DNA of 64,000 nucleotides from Deltaproteobacteria bacterium. GTDB taxonomy: Bacteria > Myxococcota_A > UBA9160 > UBA4427. The position numbers and the translations under genes were made by a program. This document shows positions 45,548-54,416 of the stretch, piece after piece (within the stretch, counting starts at the first letter, position 1; the number at the start of each line of letters is the position of its first letter). Under the pieces are notes generated by a model. The model was not told the origin of the DNA. It was given only the letters and a program-made list of their open reading frames with translations, and ran no database searches. The stretch spans positions 9,651 to 73,650 of the forward strand of contig PBFW01000020.1 of the NCBI GenBank assembly GCA_002719955.1. Reading direction: 5' to 3'.

Positions 45548-46300
45548 ATGTCCGGTCACTCGAAATGGTCCACGATCAAGCGGAAGAAGGGCGCCCTCGA
45601 CGCCAAGCGGGGAAAGATCTTCACCAAGTTGATCCGCGAGCTGCAGACCGCCGCTCGCATCGGGGGCGGGGATTCAGATTCCAACCCGCGCCTGCGTCTC
45701 GTCGTCGACAAGGCCAAGCAGGCCAATATGCCCAAGGACAACATCACCCGGGCGATCGCGAAGGGCACCGGGGGGATCGATGGGGACGCCTTTGAAGAGG
45801 CCGTGTACGAGGGCTACGGACCGGGCGGCACCGCGATCCTGATCGAGACCCTTTCGGACAACAAGAACCGGACGGTCGGCGACGTGCGACACTGCCTCAC
45901 GAAGAATGGGGGCAATCTCGGAGCAACGGGTTGTGTCGCCTACCTGTTCGACAAACGGGGCATGATCCTCTTCGAGGGCGAGGGGATCGACGGCGACGCC
46001 GTTCTGGAGGCGGCTCTCGAGGCCGGGGCAGAGGATGTCGTGGAGGGAGAGTGCAGTTGTGAGGTCGTGACGGGCCCCACCGAGTTCCACGCGGTCCAGG
46101 AGGCGCTGGCGGCCGCGGGCTTCGAGCCCGCTTCGGCGGAGATGACGATGCAGCCCTCGACGACGGTGAAACTCGTCGGGAAGGAAGCGGAACAGATGCT
46201 CCGCTTGGCGGACGCGCTCGAAGACCTCGACGATGTGCAGAATTTCTACGCGAATTTCGATATCACAGAGGAAGATCTCGAGAGTTTCGTCGCATCATAA
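45548..46300 (+). CDS. YebC/PmpR family DNA-binding transcriptional regulator
   Basis: In ORF 44987..46300; ATG at 45548. [70 protein letters not shown]... Confidence 0.95.
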   Translation: MSGHSKWSTIKRKKGALDAKRGKIFTKLIRELQTAARIGGGDSDSNPRLRLVVDKAKQANMPKDNITRAIAKGTGGIDGDAFEEAVYEGYGPGGTAILIETLSDNKNRTVGDVRHCLTKNGGNLGATGCVAYLFDKRGMILFEGEGIDGDAVLEAALEAGAEDVVEGECSCEVVTGPTEFHAVQEALAAAGFEPASAEMTMQPSTTVKLVGKEAEQMLRLADALEDLDDVQNFYANFDITEEDLESFVAS

Positions 46301-46447
46301 GATCGGAGAGTTCCGTTCGAGGAGCAGCGAGAAAGGCCGTGCGGCGACGGCGCCGGCAAGATGTGTGCGCCGTGGGTCTTTGTTCGGGGGGCGCGAAACG
46401 GCGAAGCCGCGAAGAGGTCGTGAGAAGAGGTCGAGGGAGAGGTCGAG

Positions 46448-46993
46448 ATGCGGGTCCTGGGGGTGGATCCCGGTTCCAACGCGACGGGGTTCGGGTTGAT
46501 CGTGCGAGAGGGTGGCCACGTTCGCCACCTGTGTCACGGCGTGCTGCGTCCGCCGAAGGGTGCCGAGCTCAGCGACCGACTGCATTTCCTGCACACCCGG
46601 CTGGCCGCGGTCCTGCGGGTGGAAAAACCCGAGGTCGCCGTCGTCGAACGCGTCTTTCTCGCCGCCAATCCCCGTTCGGCGCTCGTGCTCGGGCAGGCGC
46701 GGGGTGCGCTTCTGGCCAGCCTCGGCGAGGCCGGCGTTCGGGTCGCGGAGATCGCCGCCCGCGAAGCCAAGAAGGCGATCACGGGCAGCGGTGCAGCGGA
46801 CAAGGTCCAGATGCAGACGATGGTGACGCGCCTGCTGAAGCTCGATGAATCCCCCCCGGCCGATGCCGCGGATGCCCTCGCGCTCGCCCTCAGCTATGCG
46901 CATTCGGGCGCTCTGGCGGGTCTGCCCAGCCGCGGACGGGGCCGCAACAACCGGCGTGCGATGACGGAAATCGTGACGGGGAGAACGCGATGA
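46448..46993 (+). CDS. ruvC: crossover junction endodeoxyribonuclease RuvC
   Basis: MRVLGVDPGSNATGFGLI...VAVVERVFLAANPRSALVLGQARGALL...AKKAITGSGAADKVQMQTMV...ADAADALALAL. Confidence 0.95.
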   Translation: MRVLGVDPGSNATGFGLIVREGGHVRHLCHGVLRPPKGAELSDRLHFLHTRLAAVLRVEKPEVAVVERVFLAANPRSALVLGQARGALLASLGEAGVRVAEIAAREAKKAITGSGAADKVQMQTMVTRLLKLDESPPADAADALALALSYAHSGALAGLPSRGRGRNNRRAMTEIVTGRTR

Positions 46994-47604
46994 TCGCCTG
47001 GCTCGAAGGCAACCTGAGGGAGAAGGCGCCGACGCGGATCGTGCTCGATGTGCGCGGCGTCGGATACGAGCTCCTCGTCCCGCTCTCGACCTTCGAAGGG
47101 CTGCCGGATCTCGGCAAGACGGTCTCGCTGCTGGTTCACACCGCGGTCCGAGAGGACGCGATCCAGCTCTTCGGGTTTGCGACATCGCTCGAAAAGGAGC
47201 TCTTTCATCTCCTGCTCAAGGCGAACCGGGTCGGTCCGAAACTCGCGCAATCGATCCTTTCGGGCATGGAGCCCCACCGCCTCTTGCGTCTGCTGCGAGA
47301 CGCGGATGTGAAGGGGCTTCGCAAGGCGCCCGGGGTCGGCCCCAAGATGGCCGAGCGAATCGCGGTGGAGTTGCGCGAGGCCGCGGAGGCGTTGGCGGGA
47401 CGCGTGGGGGCGGACGGAGCCTCCGGAAGCCCGACGCTCTTTGATCGGGTCGAGCCGGACGAGGAACTCATGTCGGCGCTGATCAACCTCGGCTATTCCC
47501 GCAGCCAGGCCGAACGCGTCGTCGAATCTGCACTGGCCGAAGCGGAACCCGGGGCTGCGCTCGAGGACCTGATCCGGCTCGCGCTGCGTCATCTGGCGCC
47601 GTGA
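46990..47604 (+). CDS. ruvA: Holliday junction branch migration complex subunit RuvA
   Basis: [35 protein letters not shown]...[11 protein letters not shown]...[22 protein letters not shown]... The ATGA overlaps the ruvC stop. Confidence 0.95.
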   Translation: MIAWLEGNLREKAPTRIVLDVRGVGYELLVPLSTFEGLPDLGKTVSLLVHTAVREDAIQLFGFATSLEKELFHLLLKANRVGPKLAQSILSGMEPHRLLRLLRDADVKGLRKAPGVGPKMAERIAVELREAAEALAGRVGADGASGSPTLFDRVEPDEELMSALINLGYSRSQAERVVESALAEAEPGAALEDLIRLALRHLAP

Positions 47605-47611
47605 AACCGGA

Positions 47612-48646
47612 TTGAGCGAGGGCGAAGGAGGGGCAATGGAGGAGCGAGGCGAGCTCAGTCAGGGGCAGCTGTCCGAGGAACGCAGCGCCGAGGAGACGCT
47701 ACGGCCCCAGAACCTGGATGAAATGATCGGGCAACCGCGGCTGCGGGAGAACCTGAGCGTCTTCGTCCAGGCGGCTCGGTCGCGCGACGAACCCCTCGAT
47801 CACGTGCTCTTTCACGGTCCACCCGGTCTCGGGAAGACCTCGCTCGCGCGCATCGTCGCCACCGAACTCGAAGCGCAATTTCGCGCGACCAGCGGCCCAG
47901 CGATCGAGCGGCCCGGCGATCTGGCCGCACTGCTCTCGAATCTCGAGGCCGGCGACGTGCTCTTCATCGACGAGATCCATCGCCTCTCTCCTTCGGTCGA
48001 GGAGATTCTCTATCCGGCGATGGAGGATTTTCAACTCGATCTGATGATCGGGGAGGGCCCCACGGCGCGATCGATCCGCTTCGATCTGCCGCGCTTCACG
48101 TTGGTCGGAGCGACCACGCGAGCGGGGTTGCTGACCTCGCCGCTGCGGGATCGCTTCGGCTGGTCGGCGCGGCTCGAGTATTATCCGGTGGAGGATCTCG
48201 AGCAGATCGTGCTGCGTTCGGGGGGGCTGCTCGGCGTCGATGTCGAGCCGAAGGCGGCCCACGAGATCGCGCGTCGCGCCCGGGGGACCCCGCGGATCGC
48301 GAACCGATTGCTGCGTCGGGTGCGCGATTTTTCGGTGGTTCGCGACGGAGACGCGCGGCGCGTCCTGTTGGACACGGCTCGCTTTGCGCTGGGTCGGCTC
48401 GACGTCGACGAAGCCGGCTTCGACGGACTCGATCGGTCCTTTCTGACGGCCCTCGTCGAGAAATTTGCCGGGGGGCCGGTTGGGCTGGATACCCTGGCCG
48501 CGGCGGTCGGAGAAGACAAGGGGACGCTGGAGGATGTCGTCGAACCCTTCCTGATTCATTGCGGTTTCTTGACGCGGACGCCGCGTGGACGCGTCGCGAC
48601 CGAGCGCGCCTTCGCGCATCTCGGCATCCCCGTTGCGCGGGTCTGA
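47612..48646 (+). CDS. ruvB: Holliday junction DNA helicase RuvB
   Basis: ...[54 protein letters not shown]...[10 protein letters not shown]...[18 protein letters not shown]... The start is TTG 47612 or ATG 47636. Confidence 0.95.
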   Translation: MSEGEGGAMEERGELSQGQLSEERSAEETLRPQNLDEMIGQPRLRENLSVFVQAARSRDEPLDHVLFHGPPGLGKTSLARIVATELEAQFRATSGPAIERPGDLAALLSNLEAGDVLFIDEIHRLSPSVEEILYPAMEDFQLDLMIGEGPTARSIRFDLPRFTLVGATTRAGLLTSPLRDRFGWSARLEYYPVEDLEQIVLRSGGLLGVDVEPKAAHEIARRARGTPRIANRLLRRVRDFSVVRDGDARRVLLDTARFALGRLDVDEAGFDGLDRSFLTALVEKFAGGPVGLDTLAAAVGEDKGTLEDVVEPFLIHCGFLTRTPRGRVATERAFAHLGIPVARV

Positions 48647-48654
48647 GTTCGGCC

Positions 48655-50250
48655 TCAGTCCTGCTCGCCGGAGGCCATGCGGGGTCGCGTCCCCGGTAGA
48701 TTCCCGAGGTTTTCGAAGACGACCAGCGGAAGCGCCGGGTCGCGATCGTTGAAGGCGATGATCTCGTCGAGCCCGTCGCCGTCGAGGTCGGCGACGCGGC
48801 TCTCGCCCCCGGGCAGGGGGACGGGTTGGCGCGCGATCGCTGAACCGAAGATGGGTTCGTTCGGGACCCTGGAACCCATCCGGAAGGCGATCTCGTCCTT
48901 GCCCCGCGCCACGAAGAAATCCTTGACCCCGTCTCCGTTCCAGTCCCCGAGGCTCGGAACGAGTCCGGTCACGCTGTTTTTCCCGAAGTTCAGACGGAAG
49001 GAAAAATCGTCCTCGAAGATCGTGTGCGTCCCGCCCGGCGCCCCGGGGTCGAGCCGGAGGACGCGCACGCGGGTCTCGGCTCGTCGCGTCAAGAGGAAGC
49101 GGACGATCTGCAGAATCCCGAACTCGAGGCTCGTTTCGAGGATCTCGTCCCGGCCGTCTCCATCGACGTCGACGAAAGAAAAACTCGAGACCCCCCCGTC
49201 GAACGTTCGCTCGGCATCCGGGGTTTCGTCCACCGAGACCCCGGTACCGGAATTCAGATGGATCCGAGTCGTCGAGCGACCGTCCATCAGCCCGCCGCCG
49301 ATCGTGCTCAGGAGTAGATCGGCGCGCGTATCGCCATCGATGTCGCGCGCGAAATAGTTGTTGCCCGTCGCTTCGTGGGAGCGTTCGGTCTCCTCGTCGA
49401 AGGGAATGAGCTCGAGCTGACGGCTCGGGGCCCTCGGGAGACCTTCGGGTCCCGTGTGATAGATCGAGATATTCCAGCGGGAGAGAGCGAAGAGGTCGAT
49501 TCGACCATCGCCGTTGTCATCCGCCCGCGCCAGCGTCGGCCACTTCACCTCCTGGATCATCCATTTCCAGACGGTGCTCGGGATCTCCGGCATATAGGTC
49601 CGGTACTGCGCATAGACGGGGAGATCGACCGTTCGCAGCGAATCCGATTGCAGGTCGACCAGCCAGGCGCCGCGCAGCGCCGGGACGAGCGCCGTGGGGG
49701 GGCCGAGGTCGTCCCAATCGTCGACGACCGGAATGCGGGAGATCTCCCAGGGACGGTAGGGGAGAGGCAGGCCACCGGGAATCTCGATCCGCTTCGGCGG
49801 ATCGGAGCCGCCGAGTGCTTCGATGCGGATCCCCGCGGCACTGACGAGGAAGAGCTGCGGGCCGCTGCGCCCAGGCATGCCGGCCACGTCGACCACGACG
49901 GTCTCGTCCGGCAGCGTACGCTCGATGATGCGGGGGTCGCCCGGCGTCAGCGCCGAGCCGCAGGGCATCCAGGTCAGACGTTTTTCCTGGTTAGGGGGAC
50001 CGCCGACGGTGCTGAGGACCAGCAGATCGCTGGCAGCCCGCGCGCAGCGGCTGACGCGCAGCGGCCAGACCTGGCGGATGAGTCCCCGGATCTCGTGGGA
50101 CCGGACTGCGAAGGGGATGGGGGCCTTGGCCCCGGCGGGCGCCGAGAGCGCACAAAACGCCAGGCAGGCGACGCAGAACGCGTGCAGAAGGGGGGCCCGA
50201 AGGCTTTCGGACGGTCGCATGGGAAAGATCGGGACCACGCTCGGGATCAT
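48655..50250 (-). CDS. FG-GAP/VCBS repeat (integrin-alpha-like beta-propeller) protein, secreted
   Basis: 531 aa with a signal-like N-terminus (LLHAFCVACLAFCALSAPAGA). Calcium-binding-type repeats recur: DDNGDGRIDLFAL, DIDGDTRADLLL, VDVDGDGRDEILE, GDWNGDGVKDFFV, ADLDGDGLDEIIAF. Confidence 0.8.
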   Translation of the reverse strand: MIPSVVPIFPMRPSESLRAPLLHAFCVACLAFCALSAPAGAKAPIPFAVRSHEIRGLIRQVWPLRVSRCARAASDLLVLSTVGGPPNQEKRLTWMPCGSALTPGDPRIIERTLPDETVVVDVAGMPGRSGPQLFLVSAAGIRIEALGGSDPPKRIEIPGGLPLPYRPWEISRIPVVDDWDDLGPPTALVPALRGAWLVDLQSDSLRTVDLPVYAQYRTYMPEIPSTVWKWMIQEVKWPTLARADDNGDGRIDLFALSRWNISIYHTGPEGLPRAPSRQLELIPFDEETERSHEATGNNYFARDIDGDTRADLLLSTIGGGLMDGRSTTRIHLNSGTGVSVDETPDAERTFDGGVSSFSFVDVDGDGRDEILETSLEFGILQIVRFLLTRRAETRVRVLRLDPGAPGGTHTIFEDDFSFRLNFGKNSVTGLVPSLGDWNGDGVKDFFVARGKDEIAFRMGSRVPNEPIFGSAIARQPVPLPGGESRVADLDGDGLDEIIAFNDRDPALPLVVFENLGNLPGTRPRMASGEQD

Positions 50251-50428
50251 AAGCGAGCCTCGCCCGATGCCGCCGGCTCAAACGCGGTCGAGGCTCAGAT
50301 CGAACTCCCGGTCGACCGATAGAGCGGTCGGGGAGATTGCTTCGGCGGGCCGGGTGGTTCGCTGGGGGACCCCTCCGATCGACGAGACCCGAAAGCGGGT
50401 CTTGATCGCCACCGTGTGAGTTCATCGC

Positions 50429-53050
50429 GTGCGAATTCTCGCCAGAGTCCTGTCCTTCCCCATCGCCGTCCTGCTCCTCGCCTTTGGCGCCTTTGCGGTG
50501 GCCGCCAGCTACGCTGGGGAAGCGGAATTCACCGATCAGGCTCGGCGCCAGCTCCAAGACCTCACGCGTTGGGGGATCGATCGGGGTGTCGGCATTCCGC
50601 GGGATTTCGCCGTCAGCCTCGAAGAAGCCCTGGCCGGGACCCTTCTGCGCTTCGTGCTCCTACCGGGTGGTCTGGCTCTGCTCGGATTCGCCATCGGCCT
50701 GATCGGTGGCGCGGGGTTCGACCTTTCGGAGACCTCCGCCGAGATGGGCGAGGGCGCGGACGAGAAGCCGACGCGCTCGCTTCAGCGCGTCGCGAAGAAG
50801 ATCGTCAAGCAGGCGAATGCGCTCAAGAAGCAGGGCGAGCTGCTCGAGGCCGCGGATCTGCTCTGGAATAATGATCTGCTCGACGAAGCGGCAAAAATCT
50901 ACATTGGAGCCGGTGAGTTCATCCGCGCTGCCGAGATCAGGCACGACCAGAATCGCTTCCTCGAATCCGCGGAGCTTCATCTCGAGGGCGAAAATTTCGA
51001 GGCTGCGGGGTCGATCTTTGGCCAGCAGGGAGAATGGTCCAGCGCCGCCGAATGCTATTTGAAATGCAGTCACAAGAGCGTGGCCGCGGAGATGTTCGAG
51101 AAGGCGGGACAGTTCCGCGAGGCGGCGGAATGCTATTGCGAGACCGATTTCATGCGCCATGCCGCCGCCATGTATGTGAAGTGCAAGGACTGGCGGCTTG
51201 CGGCCGAATGTCTCGAGACCGTGTTCGTCGAGGAGGGCGGGAATTCGGGTGTCGACCCCAAGAGGGCCGCCGAGATGTCGAAGCTCGTTCGACAAGCGGG
51301 CAAGCTCTTCTTGAAATGTGAGGACCTGGCGAAGGCGCGTCAGATTTTCGAGCGTGGCGGATGTGCGCTCGAGGCGGGTGAGGTGTGCGCGCTGCTCGGA
51401 GATCACGAATCTGCGGCGCAGCACTTCCGGTTGGCCGGCGAGGTCGAGCGGGCGGCAGAATCCTTGCGGGGGGCGGGCCAGGAGGCCGATGCGGCGCGCA
51501 TGCTCGGGCAGCACCTGCGCGATTCGGGAGATCGTGTTCGTGCGGCGGCGCTGCTCGAGGAAGCGGGCGACCACCTCGATGCGGGTGATCTCTACCGGAG
51601 CCTCGAAGAATTCCAGAAAGCGGCGGAGTGCTACGAGGCCCAGAACGGATTCGCTCAGGCCGCCGAAATGTTTCAGCTCGCGGGGGACCGCGCGCGCGCG
51701 GGGAACGCCTTCGAACGCGCGGGGCGTTTCACCGAAGCCGCCGAATGTCTGGCGCTTGCTGGCAACACGGCGCGCGAGGCGGAACTCCTCGAGAAGGCGG
51801 GCGATTTCCTGCGCGCGGGCGAGATCTTCCACGGTGAGGGCCTCGACGACGAGGCGATTTCGGTGCTCCAGAAGGTGCCGGCGGAAGACGAGGACTTCGC
51901 TCGCGCGGCGGCCATCCTCGGCGACATCTTCGCGTCACGCGGGCAGCTCTCGCTCGCGGTCACGAAGCTGCAGCAGGCAGTCCTCGATGCCGAATTGACC
52001 CGTGGCAGTGTCGATGGGCACTACAAGCTGGCCGCGATCTATCAGGAGGATGGCAAGTTTCGGGAAGCCGTCGAAATCTTCGAGAAGGTGATGGCCTTCG
52101 ATTATCACTATCGCGACGTCGAGGTGCGGCTCGCCGAGGTACGCGCGCGGGTCGGGGAGGATGAGCCCCTCGCGCTGTCGACCGACGGGAATGAAGCCGG
52201 CGGCGGCGCGGGACGACCCGGTGCCCCCTCCGAAGAGGATCGTTACCAGATCGTCGGTGAACTCGGGCGCGGTGGCATGGGCATCGTCTACAAGGCCCAG
52301 GATACGGTTCTCGACCGGTTGGTCGCTTTCAAGGTGTTGCCCCAGGCGCTGACCGAGAACCCCCAGGCGATCAGCAATTTCATGCGCGAGGCGCAGGCCG
52401 CGGCCAAGCTCAACCATCCGAATATCGTCACCGTCTACGACACCGGTGAACAGCAGGGTCGATTTTATATCGCGATGGAATACGTCGAGGGGACGACACT
52501 CAAGGAAATCTTGCGGCGGCGCGGCGCGATCTCGCCCTCGGGCATCTTACACGTGCTCATGCAGATCAGCGAGGCGCTCGCCTACGCCCACGAGAAGAAG
52601 GTCGTGCACCGCGACATCAAGCCGGCGAACGCGATGTGGACGCGAGACAAGAAAGTCAAATTGATGGATTTTGGTCTCGCCAAGGTCGTCGAAGAAGCGC
52701 GCAACCACACCACCGTCGTGGCGGGGACGCCCTACTATATGAGCCCGGAGCAGACGCTCGGCAAGAATATCGATCATCGGACCGACATTTATTCGCTGGG
52801 CGTTGCGGTCTTCGAGATGGCGACCGGGACCGTTCCCTTCAAGGAAGGCAATATCCCCTACCACCATGTTCACACGGCACCCCCTAAAATCCAGGATCTG
52901 CGAGAAGACCTGCCGTCGACGCTGTCGCACATCGTGGAACGATGTCTCGAGAAGGATCCGACGAATCGATTTCAATCGACGCGAGAGATCCTGGCCGAGG
53001 TTCGCGACAGCCTCGCGAGTTCCGTGGGAACGGATCGCACCGATTCGTGA
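50429..53050 (+). CDS. membrane-anchored Ser/Thr protein kinase with a long array of 13-residue helical repeats
   Basis: 873 aa with a GTG start. Two N-terminal hydrophobic segments, then about 25 tandem 13-aa units (aa ~128-475), then a Hanks kinase domain: YQIVGELGRGGMGIVYKA...VAFKVL, HRDIKPANAM, DFGLAK, GTPYYMSPEQ. Confidence 0.9.
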   Translation: MRILARVLSFPIAVLLLAFGAFAVAASYAGEAEFTDQARRQLQDLTRWGIDRGVGIPRDFAVSLEEALAGTLLRFVLLPGGLALLGFAIGLIGGAGFDLSETSAEMGEGADEKPTRSLQRVAKKIVKQANALKKQGELLEAADLLWNNDLLDEAAKIYIGAGEFIRAAEIRHDQNRFLESAELHLEGENFEAAGSIFGQQGEWSSAAECYLKCSHKSVAAEMFEKAGQFREAAECYCETDFMRHAAAMYVKCKDWRLAAECLETVFVEEGGNSGVDPKRAAEMSKLVRQAGKLFLKCEDLAKARQIFERGGCALEAGEVCALLGDHESAAQHFRLAGEVERAAESLRGAGQEADAARMLGQHLRDSGDRVRAAALLEEAGDHLDAGDLYRSLEEFQKAAECYEAQNGFAQAAEMFQLAGDRARAGNAFERAGRFTEAAECLALAGNTAREAELLEKAGDFLRAGEIFHGEGLDDEAISVLQKVPAEDEDFARAAAILGDIFASRGQLSLAVTKLQQAVLDAELTRGSVDGHYKLAAIYQEDGKFREAVEIFEKVMAFDYHYRDVEVRLAEVRARVGEDEPLALSTDGNEAGGGAGRPGAPSEEDRYQIVGELGRGGMGIVYKAQDTVLDRLVAFKVLPQALTENPQAISNFMREAQAAAKLNHPNIVTVYDTGEQQGRFYIAMEYVEGTTLKEILRRRGAISPSGILHVLMQISEALAYAHEKKVVHRDIKPANAMWTRDKKVKLMDFGLAKVVEEARNHTTVVAGTPYYMSPEQTLGKNIDHRTDIYSLGVAVFEMATGTVPFKEGNIPYHHVHTAPPKIQDLREDLPSTLSHIVERCLEKDPTNRFQSTREILAEVRDSLASSVGTDRTDS

Positions 53051-53189
53051 CGCGCATGCGCCTCGGTGGCGCGATGACCCTCCCCGGCGCCCACGCTACC
53101 CTGGCTCCCCTCCATTCCGTCCAAGCCGGCGGGTTCTTTCGGAAGCGTGACCGGCCCCGGTCGCACGTCCTTCGATCGCTGGAGGTGAG

Positions 53190-54059
53190 GTGAAACAATC
53201 GACGATCGCACGGCCGATCGAGTGGGACGGACTCGGTCTCCATTCGGGCATTCCGGTTCGTGTCGAGATGAGCCCCTCGGCGGCGAATTCGGGAATCGTC
53301 TTCGTTCGGGCGGGCGAGGTCGCGGGAGCCGATGTGGAGATCCCAGCCCTCCACGGCTCGCTCTACTCGGGTTCTCGGGCGACGACGCTCGCGGCGAATG
53401 CAGGTGGCGCCCGCGAGGCACGGATCGCGACGGTCGAACACCTGCTCGCGACGCTCTACAGCCTCGAAATCGACAACCTGCGCGTTCGTGTCGACGGACC
53501 GGAGTTGCCGGCCATGGACGGAAGTGCGAGACCGCTCGTCGATCGGGTGAACGCGGCTGGCCGCGAGCATCTGCCCGCCGATCGTGGCGCCGTCACGATT
53601 TTTGAGTCGGTCGAAATTCAAGAGAGTGGGTGCTGGATTCGAGCGGAGCCGGCGGATCGTCTGCAGTTGACCTATTCGATCGACTTTGATCATCCGATGA
53701 TCGGATGCCAGACCCTCGCGTTACGCGATTTCGATCGCGCCTGTTTCGCGCGCGAGCTGGCGAGTGCGCGGACCTTCGGATTCCTTCACGAGTGGGAGGC
53801 GCTTCGAAGCGCGGGCCTCGCGCGCGGGGGAAGCCTCGAGAATACCGTTGTGCTGGATGACGAGGGGGTCTTGAACGAGGATGGGCTTCGTTTTCCGGAC
53901 GAGTTCGTTCGTCACAAGGTCGTCGACCTGATCGGAGACCTCGCCCTCCTGGGAGCCCCCCTTCGCGCACACGTGTCCGTCGAGGGTGGCGGGCACGCCC
54001 TTCACCATCGTCTGGTGCGTGCGATTGCGGAGTTGGCGACGCCCGCCCACTCCGGGTAA
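53190..54059 (+). CDS. lpxC: UDP-3-O-acyl-N-acetylglucosamine deacetylase
   Basis: 289 aa; the GTG start follows GGAGGTGAGG. ...QSTIARPIEWDGLGLHSGIPVRVEMSPSAANSGIVF...ATVEHLLATLYSLEIDNLRVRVDGPELPAMDGSA...FGFLHEWEALRSAGLARGGSLENTVVLD...FVRHKVVDLIGDLAL. Confidence 0.95.
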   Translation: MKQSTIARPIEWDGLGLHSGIPVRVEMSPSAANSGIVFVRAGEVAGADVEIPALHGSLYSGSRATTLAANAGGAREARIATVEHLLATLYSLEIDNLRVRVDGPELPAMDGSARPLVDRVNAAGREHLPADRGAVTIFESVEIQESGCWIRAEPADRLQLTYSIDFDHPMIGCQTLALRDFDRACFARELASARTFGFLHEWEALRSAGLARGGSLENTVVLDDEGVLNEDGLRFPDEFVRHKVVDLIGDLALLGAPLRAHVSVEGGGHALHHRLVRAIAELATPAHSG

Positions 54060-54355
54060 TCCTCGACTTCGCGCGCGAGCGCGGCGGTTCGTGTCGGGTC
54101 GGTGAACTGGAGCCCGACGCCGGGGGGCCGAGTGCTCCCATCCGGCTCTTTCCGCGCAGCGTGGTACCAGGTGACGCGGTATTCGAGTTCGTGGAGTGTG
54201 TTGCCGCCGAGAATCCGAAAGCGGACCTTGACGATGTCGCCGCGCGCCATCGGGAGCTCGGTCTCGAGGAACATGCCTCCGGCCCCGAGCGTGGCCGCAT
54301 AGTCGCAGTGGATGCTGCCCCGCGCCAGATCATCGACGAGGATCCGCACAGTCAT
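54002..54355 (-). CDS. PilZ domain protein (no obvious N-terminal RxxxR motif)
   Basis: The last 117 codons of track ORF 54002..54934. ATG 54355 is the first start codon downstream of the giant gene's stop. MTVRILVDDLARGSIHCDYAATLGAGGMFLETELPMARGDIVKVRFRILGGNTLHELEYRVTWYHAARKEPDGSTRPPGVGLQFTD... shows the PilZ beta-barrel pattern (D.S.GG.F...G..V.v.f....v.W....PG.G..F). Confidence 0.7.
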   Translation of the reverse strand: MTVRILVDDLARGSIHCDYAATLGAGGMFLETELPMARGDIVKVRFRILGGNTLHELEYRVTWYHAARKEPDGSTRPPGVGLQFTDPTRTAALAREVEDYPEWAGVANSAIARTRRW

Positions 54356-54416
54356 GCCCCTGTGTTCACGCGTATTTTTGGGGTGCGTCGCGCGATGATC
54401 GCTTCTCCTTTCGCCT

